Origin: Candidatus Poribacteria bacterium
GTDB taxonomy: Bacteria; Poribacteria; WGA-4E; WGA-3G
Length of the DNA stretch: 64,000 nucleotides
Assembly (NCBI GenBank): GCA_003635315.1
Contig: PYJD01000010.1
Location: forward strand, 71,470 to 135,469
Direction: 5' to 3'
Below the pieces are notes generated by a model. That model was not told where the DNA came from. It saw only the letters and a list, made by a program, of their open reading frames with translations, and made no database searches. Below, one piece after another: positions 49,353 through 60,355 of this stretch. How positions within the stretch are numbered: position 1 is the stretch's first letter; each line of letters begins with the position of its first letter. Made by a program: the position numbers and the translations under genes.

Positions 49353-50336
49353 TGAAGTCATATTGAGTAAAACCTATAAATATAGTAAAATAAGGGAATA
49401 TAAGTTAAAAACGTAGGTTCTTACTATTTTATAATGAGGTACTCTTATGGCTGACCCAAATGAAAAACAACTGAATTACAATTGTCTTCCGAAACAAGTG
49501 AAGCTTAAGGATTTTAACCGGTACATTAAACCCTTTTTGTCAGTAAGACATAAAGGACCAAAACCTAAAATATCTTCATACAAGATATTTAATTACATCC
49601 TCTATGTATTACATACAGGTATGCAATGGAATCAACTCCGGACAAGACGCAACGAAATCCATTGGTCTAATGTCTATAAATGGCATAATCGGTGGTCAAA
49701 AGATGGTTCTTATGAGAAACTTTTTGAAGCATCTGTTCTACATCTTCTTGACAGTGATCAACTTGACACCTCTTGTTTACACGGTGATGGTTCAAACACC
49801 GTTGTAAAAAAAGGGGAGACGGCATAGGTTATTCAGGGCACAAACATCAAAAAGGTGAAAAAGAGTTGACGATCACTGACAATAAAGGGTTTATCATTGC
49901 TCCTATATCTGTCAGACCTGTCAATGAACACGATACAACGATTTTGCCCGAGGCGTTGACCCAATTGATCTGCTTCAGCAATCGCATTGACCTGGATCTT
50001 GATGGTTCGGCACTCACTTTGGATTCCGGTTTTGATTCCAAGGTGAATAAAAAAAGTATCAAAGAACAAGGTCTAATCCCAGTAATCTATCCGAACAAAC
50101 GAAATACGAAAGAACCTATAGCTATCGCTCGTATGTTCCGGTGGTTTAAAAAAGATATATACACAGAACGATATAAAGTAGAGCGAACATTCGGATGGCA
50201 AGATACCTATAGAAAACTTGCCCTGAGTTATGATAAACTCAAAGAAACGCGTTTAGGATTTCGGTATTTAGCATATTCTATGATAAATTATCGGACTACT
50301 TTTAACAATCTTTAGATGTTACTCGCAATGAGTTCA
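49353..50336 (+). mobile_element. IS5-family insertion sequence (about 984 bp)
   Basis: Imperfect 18-bp inverted ends TGAAGTCATATTGAGTAA and TTACTCGCAATGAGTTCA flank a DDE transposase. Confidence 0.85.
49447..50315 (+). CDS. IS5-family transposase, two ORFs joined by a -1 frameshift at A7G4 (49806-49816)
   Basis: ILYVLHTGMQW, HGDGS, GYSGHKHQKG, LDSGFD and RYKVERTFGW motifs. Confidence 0.88.
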
Positions 50337-50440
50337 TAGAAAACTTGATTTTTAACTCACTTCTCAGGTATAATTGCCACAATAGTTTATAAGACGGAAC
50401 TAATTTAGGAACGAGAATTAGATATGGAGGATATTAACAA

Positions 50441-51094
50441 ATGAAAAGGATATTTGTTCTATCAGCATTAATCTTAATGGTATTCACAACCATTGTATTT
50501 GCAACAGACACAACGGATATTCAAGGCGAATACATTGAAGCACGCTCCGCAAGTGTGTATGTGGGTGCATGCCATTTCGGTTCTGAATATGTAGAAGGTG
50601 GAAAAGAAGCCACTATGGTATGGAACATCCAACAAGGAAATTGGAATGATGTATCACTTGATGGATTGACAGTTGTTGCTGTTGTCAGTGCAAAAGAGAA
50701 TTTAGCCATTGATTTTGAAACACGCAAGAGTGTGTTGTATATAGACACAAACACAACGCCTGAACAACAAGCAGCAGTCAAGGATATGTTGGCAACTAAA
50801 CAAGCAAAAGAACTTGGTACAATCGTAGCAACTCAAACTGCCCCTATAAACTTCTCAAAGAATGGCACAAAATACTCTGTAGAAGTTGGTAAGGTTCTTA
50901 AATTAACTGCTAATCGGTATCCTTGTGTCCATTGTACGCAACCTCACCAAATCTGGTATAAACCCTTGATTGCGTTAGACAATCCCATCGTAGGAAAATC
51001 TGAAGTCTATCGTTACAAAGACTCCTATCTCACCGTAAATTGGCAACAAGGTGATACTCTCAATAATGTGTTTGTTGGAAGTTTTTCTATGTAG
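50441..51094 (+). CDS. Secreted DUF1326-like protein
   Basis: Signal peptide; GEYIEARS..VYVGACH...W...G...LDGL. Confidence 0.7.
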   Translation: MKRIFVLSALILMVFTTIVFATDTTDIQGEYIEARSASVYVGACHFGSEYVEGGKEATMVWNIQQGNWNDVSLDGLTVVAVVSAKENLAIDFETRKSVLYIDTNTTPEQQAAVKDMLATKQAKELGTIVATQTAPINFSKNGTKYSVEVGKVLKLTANRYPCVHCTQPHQIWYKPLIALDNPIVGKSEVYRYKDSYLTVNWQQGDTLNNVFVGSFSM

Positions 51095-51100
51095 GTATTC

Positions 51101-51138
51101 AGGTCTGTAGTCATCTTTTGATAACTACAGACCTTTTT
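51101..51138 (+). terminator. Intrinsic terminator
   Basis: AGGTCTGTAGT...ACTACAGACCT followed by TTTT. Confidence 0.75.
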
Positions 51139-51206
51139 ACGTATAGTGTTTATACATCACCTGTTACAGAAGTCGAATTAAATCAAACAAAGTGATTAGA
51201 ACAGTT

Positions 51207-51388
51207 TATACCATTTCTAAATGAATGGTTCTCTTAAATTTACATATAATTCTATATTACGAGCGGTTCCAAACCGCTCCTACCGGGTTTATTGGATGAT
51301 GTTTATATGATTCGGAGCGGTTCCAAACCGCTTCTACCGGGTTAGGTGAATTGTGTTGATATGTCATAACATTTCTTAGAGATGGTAT
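51207..51388. mobile_element. MITE family A with a duplicated GAGCGGTTCCAAACCGCT..TAC REP
   Basis: Terminal inverted repeats plus two REP copies. Confidence 0.7.
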
Positions 51389-51411
51389 TAGGATTTTGAA
51401 TAGGAGTATGA

Positions 51412-52257
51412 GTGAATACAGAAACGCATGAATTTAGTTTAACAGAAGATGAACGTTCCTCGTGGGAGGAGAATGGATACTTTCTCCGGTATAATGTGTT
51501 TACAAAAGAGGAAAACGATATCTTAGCAAAAATCGCTGATGATATAGTAAATAGAAAACGAAGCTTTCCAGAATACCACATCTTTGAAAACGCGTTAGTC
51601 AGAGATGGTAAGGCTGAAGCTGAAGGAATTTATGCCATACATAATATCCAATATGTAAGCTGTAATTGTAGAGAATTTCTTGATCGCACGCGTGACCCAC
51701 GACTCACAGATCCTGCAGCAGACATACTCGGTCCGGATCTACTTGGACTCAATAATTTATATATTTGGAAACCACCAGAAATAGGATTAGGGTTCCCTTG
51801 GCATCAAGATAAATGGTATTTTAATCATCAATATAAGACGGGTACCACCGTTGCAACTTGGACTGCGATTGATGATGCTGATGAAGAAAATGGATGTCTG
51901 TATGTTATCCCAGGTAGTCATAAACATGGGGTAAAAGATCATAATGAACTTGAAGGATCTCAACAAGGCGAATTCAGACAGGCAGAGGGAGCAAGAGATG
52001 AGGACGGTATTCCTATCGAAGTTCCCGCGGGTTCGGTAATATGGTTCAATAGTCAAGTACTCCATAAGAGCACTGATAATCACAGTTCACGTTTTCGACG
52101 GGCAAATGTAGCGCACTATATCAACGCAAAAGCTGAATGGACACGACCTGAAGCGGTGAATAAGAAACGACCTCCTATGTGGATACGTGGTAAGACATAT
52201 CCGGGAATGGGGGATGAAGTACAACATGATATCATTCCAATCATAGAATCCGATTGA
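51412..52257 (+). CDS. Phytanoyl-CoA dioxygenase (PhyH) family 2OG/Fe(II) oxygenase 1
   Basis: WHQD...NGCLYVIPGSH...LHKS..N...R. Confidence 0.93.
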   Translation: MNTETHEFSLTEDERSSWEENGYFLRYNVFTKEENDILAKIADDIVNRKRSFPEYHIFENALVRDGKAEAEGIYAIHNIQYVSCNCREFLDRTRDPRLTDPAADILGPDLLGLNNLYIWKPPEIGLGFPWHQDKWYFNHQYKTGTTVATWTAIDDADEENGCLYVIPGSHKHGVKDHNELEGSQQGEFRQAEGARDEDGIPIEVPAGSVIWFNSQVLHKSTDNHSSRFRRANVAHYINAKAEWTRPEAVNKKRPPMWIRGKTYPGMGDEVQHDIIPIIESD

Positions 52258-52333
52258 GGATGATCATGGGACGAATTGTTTATCGATATTTAGATAGAAT
52301 CATACGACGAAGATATTTCATATAGGGTAAATT

Positions 52334-53182
52334 GTGGGAAAGAATACATCCAGTGAAGATAGAAAATATAGAATAACTCCAGAGGAGAAGATCTCTTGGC
52401 AAGATAACGGTTATTTCATCCGTTACGATGTCTTTTCCTCCCAAGAAAACAGGGCATTAGGACAAATCGCAGATGATATAGTTGAAGGCAAGAGACCATT
52501 TCCCTCTAATGGTATACATAAAAATGCCTTAGTGACGGATGGTAAAGCTGAAGCATCAGGTGTCAACGCTATGCACTGTATCCATCATATCAATAAACAT
52601 TCACCTGAATTTCTTTCTCGTACTCGTGACTCGCGGCTTACGGATCCTATTGTTGACCTAATTGGACCAGATATCCTTGGACTAAATAACCTATATATCT
52701 GGAAACCTCCAAGAATCGGTTTAGGTTTTCCTTGGCATCAAGATAAATGGTATTTCAATAATCAGTATATCACTACAAAGACTGTGGGAACATGGACAGC
52801 TATTGACAATTCCGATGTTGAAAATGGATGTCTATATGTTATCCCAGGAAGTCATAAGAGTGGTGTTCATGAGCATGTTAATCTTGAAGGATCACAACAG
52901 AATGAGTTTAAATTTGCCGTGGGTGCGATAGATGAAGATGGTATCCCAGTAGAAGTCCCTGCAGGTAGTGTCATATTTTTCAACAATCAGATTCTGCATA
53001 AGAGCACCGACAATCATAGTGATCGCTTTCGTAGGTGTAATGTCGCACATTATATATGCGCCCATTCCGATCGAGTGGAAAATGTAAAAAACAAACGCGC
53101 GGTTATGTGGGTCAGGGGTGATACATACTCTAAAAAGATGGAACCTGTCTATTATGATGTTCTCCCTTTGACAGAAGAATAG
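52334..53182 (+). CDS. PhyH family dioxygenase 2
   Basis: Same motifs as dioxygenase 1. Confidence 0.93.
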   Translation: MGKNTSSEDRKYRITPEEKISWQDNGYFIRYDVFSSQENRALGQIADDIVEGKRPFPSNGIHKNALVTDGKAEASGVNAMHCIHHINKHSPEFLSRTRDSRLTDPIVDLIGPDILGLNNLYIWKPPRIGLGFPWHQDKWYFNNQYITTKTVGTWTAIDNSDVENGCLYVIPGSHKSGVHEHVNLEGSQQNEFKFAVGAIDEDGIPVEVPAGSVIFFNNQILHKSTDNHSDRFRRCNVAHYICAHSDRVENVKNKRAVMWVRGDTYSKKMEPVYYDVLPLTEE

Positions 53183-53190
53183 AAGATAGG

Positions 53191-54042
53191 ATGTATATGT
53201 CTATTGTAGAAAAAGAATTTGCATTATCAGCTGAAGAACAATCCTCTTGGGAGGAAAATGGTTTTATCATTCGGTATGATGTATTCACAGAGGAAGAGAA
53301 CGATGTCTTACGACGAATCGCAGATGAAATTGCCCAAGGAAAACGACTGTTTCCATCAGCCAACATAAATCAGAATGCATTGGTGAGAGATGGAAAGGTT
53401 GAAGAAACCGGCATAAACGCAATGCATAAAATACATCATGTCAGTTGTTATATTCCAGAATTCCTTGAACGTGTTAGAGATCCTCGTCTCACAGATCCTA
53501 TTGTTGATCTCCTTGGTCCAGATCTTCTCGGTCTCAACAATCTATATATTTGGAAAGCCCCAAAGATTGGATTAGGATTCCCATGGCATCAGGATAAATG
53601 GTATTTTAACCATCAATATAAGACAGAAATGACAGTAGGAACATGGACTGCTATTGATGGTGCAGATAAAGATAACGGTTGTCTTTATGTTATCCCAGGT
53701 AGTCACAAACATGGCATTTATGACCATGCAGATCTGGAAGGTTCACAACAGAGTGAGTTTAAACTGGCACAAGGTGTAAAGGATGAAGACGGGGTTGCTG
53801 TTGAAGTTCCACCTGGTGGTGTTGTTTGGTTTAATAACCAAATCCTGCACAAAAGCACTGATAATCATAGCCTTCGTTTCAGACGTGCCAATGTTGCCCA
53901 TTATATAAGTGCAAAAGCTGAACGGATACCAAAAAAGAATCCCAAGTTTATTCGACCTGCTATGTGGATTCGAGGGAAAATATATCCAAATAGGATGGAT
54001 CCTGTATATCGTGATGTATTGCCTATACCTGAATCCAGCTAA
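53191..54042 (+). CDS. PhyH family dioxygenase 3
   Basis: Same motifs as dioxygenase 1. Confidence 0.93.
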   Translation: MYMSIVEKEFALSAEEQSSWEENGFIIRYDVFTEEENDVLRRIADEIAQGKRLFPSANINQNALVRDGKVEETGINAMHKIHHVSCYIPEFLERVRDPRLTDPIVDLLGPDLLGLNNLYIWKAPKIGLGFPWHQDKWYFNHQYKTEMTVGTWTAIDGADKDNGCLYVIPGSHKHGIYDHADLEGSQQSEFKLAQGVKDEDGVAVEVPPGGVVWFNNQILHKSTDNHSLRFRRANVAHYISAKAERIPKKNPKFIRPAMWIRGKIYPNRMDPVYRDVLPIPESS

Positions 54043-54079
54043 ATCCAATATATGGAGACCATGAAAATCAGGAATTGTT

Positions 54080-54934
54080 ATGAATACGAATACTTCTCAA
54101 GAACGTAAATATGGAATGACTCCAGAGGAAATATCCTTTTGGCATGAGAATGGTTATCTTGTCCGATACGATGTTTTCAAGAAAGACGAAAACGACTTAC
54201 TACGACAAGTAGCTGAAGATGTTGTTGATGGTAAACGTCCCTTCCCCTCTGCCCATATCGACCAAAATGCATTGGTTAGGGATGGTAAGATAGAAGAACA
54301 AGGGATCTATGCCATGCACAAGATACATCATCCAAGTTGTTTCGTTTCCGAATTCCTCAATCGTGTAAGAGATAGTCGTTTAACAGATCCAATAGTCGAT
54401 ATTTTTGGTCCAGATATTCTTGGTATCAACAATCTATTTATTTGGAAAGCCCCAAAAATCGGATTAGGATTTCCATGGCATCAGGATATGTTCTATTTTA
54501 GAAATAGGTTTGATACGGAGACAACTGTTGGTACATGGACAGCAATTGATGCTGCTGATATTGACAACGGCTGTTTGTATGTTGTACCGGGTAGTCATAA
54601 TCATGATATACATGAACATGATGATCTTGAGGGTTCACAGCAACGAGAGTTTAAATTAGCACGCGATGTAAGTGATGAAGACGGTATTGCTGTTGAAGTT
54701 CCTCCCGGTGGTGTGGTTTGGTTTCATAGTCATCTCCTTCATAAGAGTACAGATAATCATAGTCTACGATTCAGGAGAAGTTACGTATCCCATTATCTGA
54801 GTGCCCAAGCAAAATGGGCAAAGCACGATGGATCCTACAAAGGTCAACCCATTATGTGGATACGCGGGGAAACCTATCCAGATAGAGTTCACGAAGTACA
54901 ACGTGATGTCATTCCCTTTCCCGATTCAGAATGA
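54080..54934 (+). CDS. PhyH family dioxygenase 4
   Basis: Same motifs, with a WHQDMFYF variant. Confidence 0.93.
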   Translation: MNTNTSQERKYGMTPEEISFWHENGYLVRYDVFKKDENDLLRQVAEDVVDGKRPFPSAHIDQNALVRDGKIEEQGIYAMHKIHHPSCFVSEFLNRVRDSRLTDPIVDIFGPDILGINNLFIWKAPKIGLGFPWHQDMFYFRNRFDTETTVGTWTAIDAADIDNGCLYVVPGSHNHDIHEHDDLEGSQQREFKLARDVSDEDGIAVEVPPGGVVWFHSHLLHKSTDNHSLRFRRSYVSHYLSAQAKWAKHDGSYKGQPIMWIRGETYPDRVHEVQRDVIPFPDSE

Positions 54935-55210
54935 TTATAGTCTCTTCTCATAGGTAAGAACATTTATAGTGGATACACTTTTGCTATAAACATTCCGTCC
55001 CTACAGAACTCCCTATGGTGGATATACTTTTGCTATAAACATTCCGTCCCTACGGGACTAAGGAGGTTTTCTGCACTTGAAAAATCCTTAAATTGACACC
55101 TATAGAATGAAACGAGTAAAGCACAAACTAACAGTTTATGCTACAAAGGGACATTATATATCATAAACGGTATAAGAACATTCTAACTTACATTTACCCT
55201 AAAGGAACTA

Positions 55211-56068
55211 ATGGTAACACCAATTATTCAGTCTTATGTTCATATTACCAATAGAGTTTCTAATTGGTTATTCTGTATACTTATGCTATTCGTATCTGGG
55301 TGCGTTAGCTTAAGCTCCCTTGAGAGTGGCGGAAATGCAGTTCTCGAAGCAGTAAGTGATGTTAATATCTTTACTGATGAAGAAGAAATTCAATTCGGTA
55401 AGGCGTATGTAGCAGAGCACGATAGGAAGGTAAGTATCTATCGAGACCCTATTGTAAACAACTACATAAATTCTTTGGGACACTCACTTGTTCGGCACTG
55501 TAAACGAAAAGACATTCAATACACATTTAAGGTTGTGAATAAAAAGGGAGTTAATGCCTATGCTGTGCCGGGAGGATACATTTATATACACCTTGATCTA
55601 ATCAGATTAGCAAGAACTGAATCTGAATTAGCTGCTGTACTTGGACACGAAATAGGTCATATTGTAGGACAGCATTCTATGAAGAGGCTTACACAATTCT
55701 ATGGTGTTGAAATCCTAAAACAACTCATAGTAGATGAGGATTCAAGTGAATTAACGAAGATAATTACTGACATCATCGCTGCAGGTTATCTCTTCAAATA
55801 TAGCCGTGATAATGAACGTGAGGCGGATATGTATGGGGTGCAGAATATCTATGAGGCAGGGATTAACCCTGAAGGTGCAGCTAAATTCTTTGAGGTAATG
55901 CGTGATATGCAAAGTAGGGAACCAACAACCTTGGAAGGACTGATTTCTTCACATCCATTACATAGTGAAAGAGTGGTGAATGTAAGAAACCAAATTAAGG
56001 GTTTACCTCCGAAGAGTGGATTACGTTCAGACTCAGCATCCTTTCGTAGGATTAAACGTCGAATATAG
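55211..56068 (+). CDS. M48 family Zn metalloprotease lipoprotein
   Basis: Lipobox VSGC; NAYAVPGG, HEIGH, YSRDNEREAD and SHP motifs. Confidence 0.92.
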   Translation: MVTPIIQSYVHITNRVSNWLFCILMLFVSGCVSLSSLESGGNAVLEAVSDVNIFTDEEEIQFGKAYVAEHDRKVSIYRDPIVNNYINSLGHSLVRHCKRKDIQYTFKVVNKKGVNAYAVPGGYIYIHLDLIRLARTESELAAVLGHEIGHIVGQHSMKRLTQFYGVEILKQLIVDEDSSELTKIITDIIAAGYLFKYSRDNEREADMYGVQNIYEAGINPEGAAKFFEVMRDMQSREPTTLEGLISSHPLHSERVVNVRNQIKGLPPKSGLRSDSASFRRIKRRI

Positions 56069-56103
56069 TAATTATTCTACATCTAACTCTTCAAAATGAA
56101 ATG

Positions 56104-56150
56104 TCTAACAGAAACGCAGGTTGACATAAGCCAATCCGCGTTTCTGTTAG
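56104..56150. terminator. Hairpin between convergent genes (probable bidirectional terminator)
   Basis: TCTAACAGAAACGC...GCGTTTCTGTTAGA. Confidence 0.65.
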
Positions 56151-56200
56151 AAGAACACAATTATGGTCATCAACTGAATTCGTTTGATGGATAAGAAATA

Positions 56201-58042
56201 CTAATCATCATCCCGTTCATTCAGCAACTCACCCCGTGCCAGACGTTCAGCGTTCTCAGTCGACCACAATATGTTCTTCATGAGTTTCTGTGCGGTAATA
56301 TATCTCGTGGCAGCTAACATATGCATCCTCTTCTCCTCTGCACCCTCTGTCAGATCATAGTGACGGAACGCAACTTCCAACACCTGGAACATATGCAGTT
56401 CGGCATCTTCCCTTAGAAGGATATGTGATAATGTTTGCTTTAAGGGTTTAATGTCATATCCCTCTTCAAGATATTGGTTTACTAAGATTTCCGCTTCAAA
56501 CACTTTTTGAAAGTCAGCGAACTCTTGGAGTCTATCTAACATCTGCTTTTGGGAGTCGTAAGTTTCATCCAGTCTTTGTCCGGGTCTGGGTATTCGTGCA
56601 GCTGGCATATTCAACCACCGTAAGAATGCGAGAAAGACAACACCGTGGAAAATTCCACGTAGTAGATTCGCACTCGGCGCATATCCAAATGCTTGATAAA
56701 GTCCATGTGCATAAGAGTAAATATTCGCCACATCATGCCAGTCACCTTCGTTCTTTAAATGGAACCGAGCAGTACGGATAGCAGAAGCATAAGTCATTGC
56801 ACGACATATATCTCTTGGATCTACACCGGCACGTAGTTTTTCTTCAACGATTTTAACAGTTGGTTCAAACTCATCACCGAGTAATGTCTGGGTGAAGTCA
56901 GAAATATCAAGATCAGATTGGTTGTTCTGGTTATCATCCCAGATGCTATCTAATCTTTTAAATATAGGTTCTAAAACAGGGACAGCATCAGCCCAACGCG
57001 AAGTCTCTTCATGCCGTGTTCTTCCGACTAAATCAACAACAATCGGACGTAAAATCTCATAAGCCCCTTCCCATTCAATGTAATCTAAGGCTTCAAACAT
57101 TTTGTTTGCAAAATCGAGTGCATGTCCATCCCCGGTGAAATAGTAGTCTGTAGCAGCAGTATATATGAAATCAGCAATCACGGATTTATCATAGTCCCGA
57201 TCTTTTAATGTTAGCAAGATACGTTCTGCAGCCCCTGAGTGTCTCTTTTCGACAAAATAGCGAAACCATCGCAACAATGTTTCCAGATCATGGGACTCTG
57301 TCATACGTGGAAACGGCGCGCGATATGGTCGTGCACTTCCAGTCGTTCGACGGCTAATCTGTGCTAAACCGTGTACGAGGAAAAGGTTATGGTCTTTGGT
57401 ATCTACATCATCCCATAGGTTTGCTGCAATCGTAAGGATTGTAACCCCTGATGACCACCCATCACTACTTTTATGTGCTCCGTAATGAAGTCCTTGTTGG
57501 ATAATCTCATTTGGCGTTGCTCCTGCATCTCTAAGGGCAGTGACAGCCTTTGCAATGAAGAATGTACTACGATCTTTAAGACCACGTTCAAGAGCACGTT
57601 TCCCTTGATCAATTACACGTCGTTTTGCTGCTTCCCGTTCACCTTTTGCTAAACCTACATATAAATAACCGTCATCACGTTGTTCAACGGGAAAAGCTTT
57701 CAGATCATCTCCAGATGCTAAGAAGCAACCACCAGATTTTAGATCGAATTCCCAATGATGCCAATGGCAGATGAGTACACCATCTCGGATACTTCCTTGG
57801 GACATTGGATATCCCATGTGAGGACATCTGTTGTCAACGGCGTAATACTTCTCCTCATACTTGAAAACGGCAAGATGGGTTCCGTTTATATGGAAAGGTT
57901 TTCCTTCAAGGTCATCAAAACTATCAGCAGCACAGAGTTGATGATAAACCAACTCTTGGTCTTCTGTTATATCCACAGGTAAATCTTCAATGTTTATAGA
58001 TCCTGTCGGTGTTTCCTGGGAACTCAGTTGTGAATTTATCAT
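56201..58042 (-). CDS. Rieske [2Fe-2S] domain protein with a large helical, His-rich C-terminal region
   Basis: CPHMG...CHWHHW; later GHALDF, WHDVAN and HMFQ motifs. Confidence 0.88.
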   Translation of the reverse strand: MINSQLSSQETPTGSINIEDLPVDITEDQELVYHQLCAADSFDDLEGKPFHINGTHLAVFKYEEKYYAVDNRCPHMGYPMSQGSIRDGVLICHWHHWEFDLKSGGCFLASGDDLKAFPVEQRDDGYLYVGLAKGEREAAKRRVIDQGKRALERGLKDRSTFFIAKAVTALRDAGATPNEIIQQGLHYGAHKSSDGWSSGVTILTIAANLWDDVDTKDHNLFLVHGLAQISRRTTGSARPYRAPFPRMTESHDLETLLRWFRYFVEKRHSGAAERILLTLKDRDYDKSVIADFIYTAATDYYFTGDGHALDFANKMFEALDYIEWEGAYEILRPIVVDLVGRTRHEETSRWADAVPVLEPIFKRLDSIWDDNQNNQSDLDISDFTQTLLGDEFEPTVKIVEEKLRAGVDPRDICRAMTYASAIRTARFHLKNEGDWHDVANIYSYAHGLYQAFGYAPSANLLRGIFHGVVFLAFLRWLNMPAARIPRPGQRLDETYDSQKQMLDRLQEFADFQKVFEAEILVNQYLEEGYDIKPLKQTLSHILLREDAELHMFQVLEVAFRHYDLTEGAEEKRMHMLAATRYITAQKLMKNILWSTENAERLARGELLNERDDD

Positions 58043-58464
58043 TATTTTTCCTCCAGTCTTACTATCCTTATAATTTCCCTATTGTATTATGGCAGTCCGA
58101 TAGAATATATTATAGTCTTTAGTAAATTCTGATGAAACTCATCCCAATAATTACAGAATGGTTTAAAATGTGTAATATCCATAATATCACTTTCTGATAA
58201 TATTTACAATAGTTTAAGGATGGAAGGATGGAAGAGGGGAAGAATGGAAGGATGGGTGCGGATGAGGTGGTTTGAGTGTTTGAATCGCGGATTATGAGGA
58301 GGGAAGATCGGGAATCGGAGTTCCCTCCTACAGAAGAGTATGTATAAAATGGTATACAATCAATTAGAAATGGTATTTTTAGGGATTAATGCTATAATTC
58401 GCTGAATTGCTGCTTTTTATAATTAAAGTTCGAATTCATTGAATACCCAGGAGAAACTGACAAT

Positions 58465-60240
58465 ATGTGCTTCTTTTTACAAAAAAATCGATATTGTAAT
58501 TTTGTGAATTTCTCAATATACCTGAACATACTTTTGTTTGGTGTCATAATATCTACTGGAGTTTCTGCTCAAGCACCTGTATTACCCGATGGAACACCCA
58601 TAATTGAACGTGCATTCTCTGAGGATCCTGATAAATTCACCTTTGCAATCATTGGTGATAAAACAGGTGGCGGTTTAGATAAATGGCACGTTTTTGATAG
58701 AGCCATTGATGAAATCAACACCCTAAAACCCGATTTTGCAATCATGGTAGGGGATTTAATTCAAGGAAATACAACCAGTGTGGAAAGACTTGATGAGGAG
58801 TGGAAGGAATTCTGGGAACATCAATCGGAATTAGTCATTCCATTTTTTCCATTACCGGGAAATCATGATATTACAAACCGCGTCATGTATGATTATTGGA
58901 AAAAAAATATTGGTCGTACCTATTCCGCTTTCACCTACAAAGATTGTCTGTTTCTCATGCTGAATACTGAAGAGTGGCATGCCGTTGATGGAGAATGGAC
59001 GAACTGGTTTGGAGAAGAACAGGTTGCGTATGTGAAATCACAACTGACACAACACGCCAATACACGACACACTTTTGTCTTGTTACATAGACCTTTATGG
59101 CTGCAGAAAGATTCAGGTTGGGAATTAATCGAAACCGCACTGGGTGAAAGAGAATATACAGTTTTTGCCGGACATTATCACAACCTTACGCTACATACAC
59201 GTAATGACCGACGGTATTTTGTTCTCGGTGCAACTGGTGGAGGATTTACACCGAAGGAAGTAAAAGAAATCGGGGCATTTGACCACTACAGTCTTGTAAC
59301 AGTTGATAATAAAGATATAAACGTAGCAATTATTGAACCGGGAAACATCTATCCTGCTGATATTTCAATCGCAGCTTTTAAAGCAGAACTATCAAAGCAA
59401 CTTTCCTTCAAGCATGATATCAATTTCGACAGAACACTGAATATCAATACTGGAAGTATTGTAATTGACATGCAGAATACATTGGAAAAACTACTATTGA
59501 CTGAAGTTGTTTTCGACGCAAATGATATTTGGCAGATCACTCCAAATACACTATCTCTTCAGGTTAAACCCGGTCAAACAACAAAAGCAACTATAAACAT
59601 ATCTGTGAACTCAGATAATATTACGCCGTTCCCAATCTATAGATATTCAATGAAGTATGGGGGTGAATTGTTATCAAGTGGTACTAAGTTAGTTCATCCT
59701 ATTGATAGTGAGCACATGAAGGTCATTAAAAATTGGATGTTACTTGGACCATTTGACTTAGGGTTGAAAATCATACCTTCTAATTCCAATGAAATACCAC
59801 ATAACTTTCTGTCAATAACATTACCAGAATCTGATTTTCAGAAAATATATCAAGGAAAATTGGGAGAAATATCATGGAATGAACACTTTTCTGAATCTGA
59901 CAATATTCAGTTAAGGAAGATATTTGGAGAAGAGGAATATACTTACGGTTTTGGTACTACATATATTAAGAGTCCAGATAATCGGAAGGTTTTTGCACAG
60001 ATAAAATGGGGTGGAAATCTTGGGAAAATATACCTTAATGGTGTTGAAGTTGATGATGCTGGTATTCCCAATGAGAACTTATACTCTTGGTGGGTACACT
60101 TCCAACTCCCATTAAAGGAGGGATGGAATTCTTTGACAATCCTCTCAGCTGATTACAATGGGTATTGGGATTATCGGATGGAGGTGGCAGATCCAACAGA
60201 TTCACTCAAATTTAGCATAAAGCCGAATATAGAAAAATAA
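58465..60240 (+). CDS. Secreted calcineurin-like metallophosphoesterase with C-terminal beta domains
   Basis: IGD, VGDL, PGNHD, HRP and GHYH motifs. Confidence 0.88.
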   Translation: MCFFLQKNRYCNFVNFSIYLNILLFGVIISTGVSAQAPVLPDGTPIIERAFSEDPDKFTFAIIGDKTGGGLDKWHVFDRAIDEINTLKPDFAIMVGDLIQGNTTSVERLDEEWKEFWEHQSELVIPFFPLPGNHDITNRVMYDYWKKNIGRTYSAFTYKDCLFLMLNTEEWHAVDGEWTNWFGEEQVAYVKSQLTQHANTRHTFVLLHRPLWLQKDSGWELIETALGEREYTVFAGHYHNLTLHTRNDRRYFVLGATGGGFTPKEVKEIGAFDHYSLVTVDNKDINVAIIEPGNIYPADISIAAFKAELSKQLSFKHDINFDRTLNINTGSIVIDMQNTLEKLLLTEVVFDANDIWQITPNTLSLQVKPGQTTKATINISVNSDNITPFPIYRYSMKYGGELLSSGTKLVHPIDSEHMKVIKNWMLLGPFDLGLKIIPSNSNEIPHNFLSITLPESDFQKIYQGKLGEISWNEHFSESDNIQLRKIFGEEEYTYGFGTTYIKSPDNRKVFAQIKWGGNLGKIYLNGVEVDDAGIPNENLYSWWVHFQLPLKEGWNSLTILSADYNGYWDYRMEVADPTDSLKFSIKPNIEK

Positions 60241-60355
60241 GTGCCTCCTTTAATTTCATCTGTCAATTCATGTTGGTTTTCGTTCCTCAACCCCGCAGCA
60301 GGCCATAGGCGAATGCTGCGTTGATTCCCAACAAGAAGGGTAAAGGAAATCAGAT

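Noticed and set aside
3728-58375. Intergenic palindromes as integron attC sites
   Set aside because: No consistent RYYYAAC...GTTRRRY boundaries, no integron integrase, and the repeats also flank core genes in both orientations.
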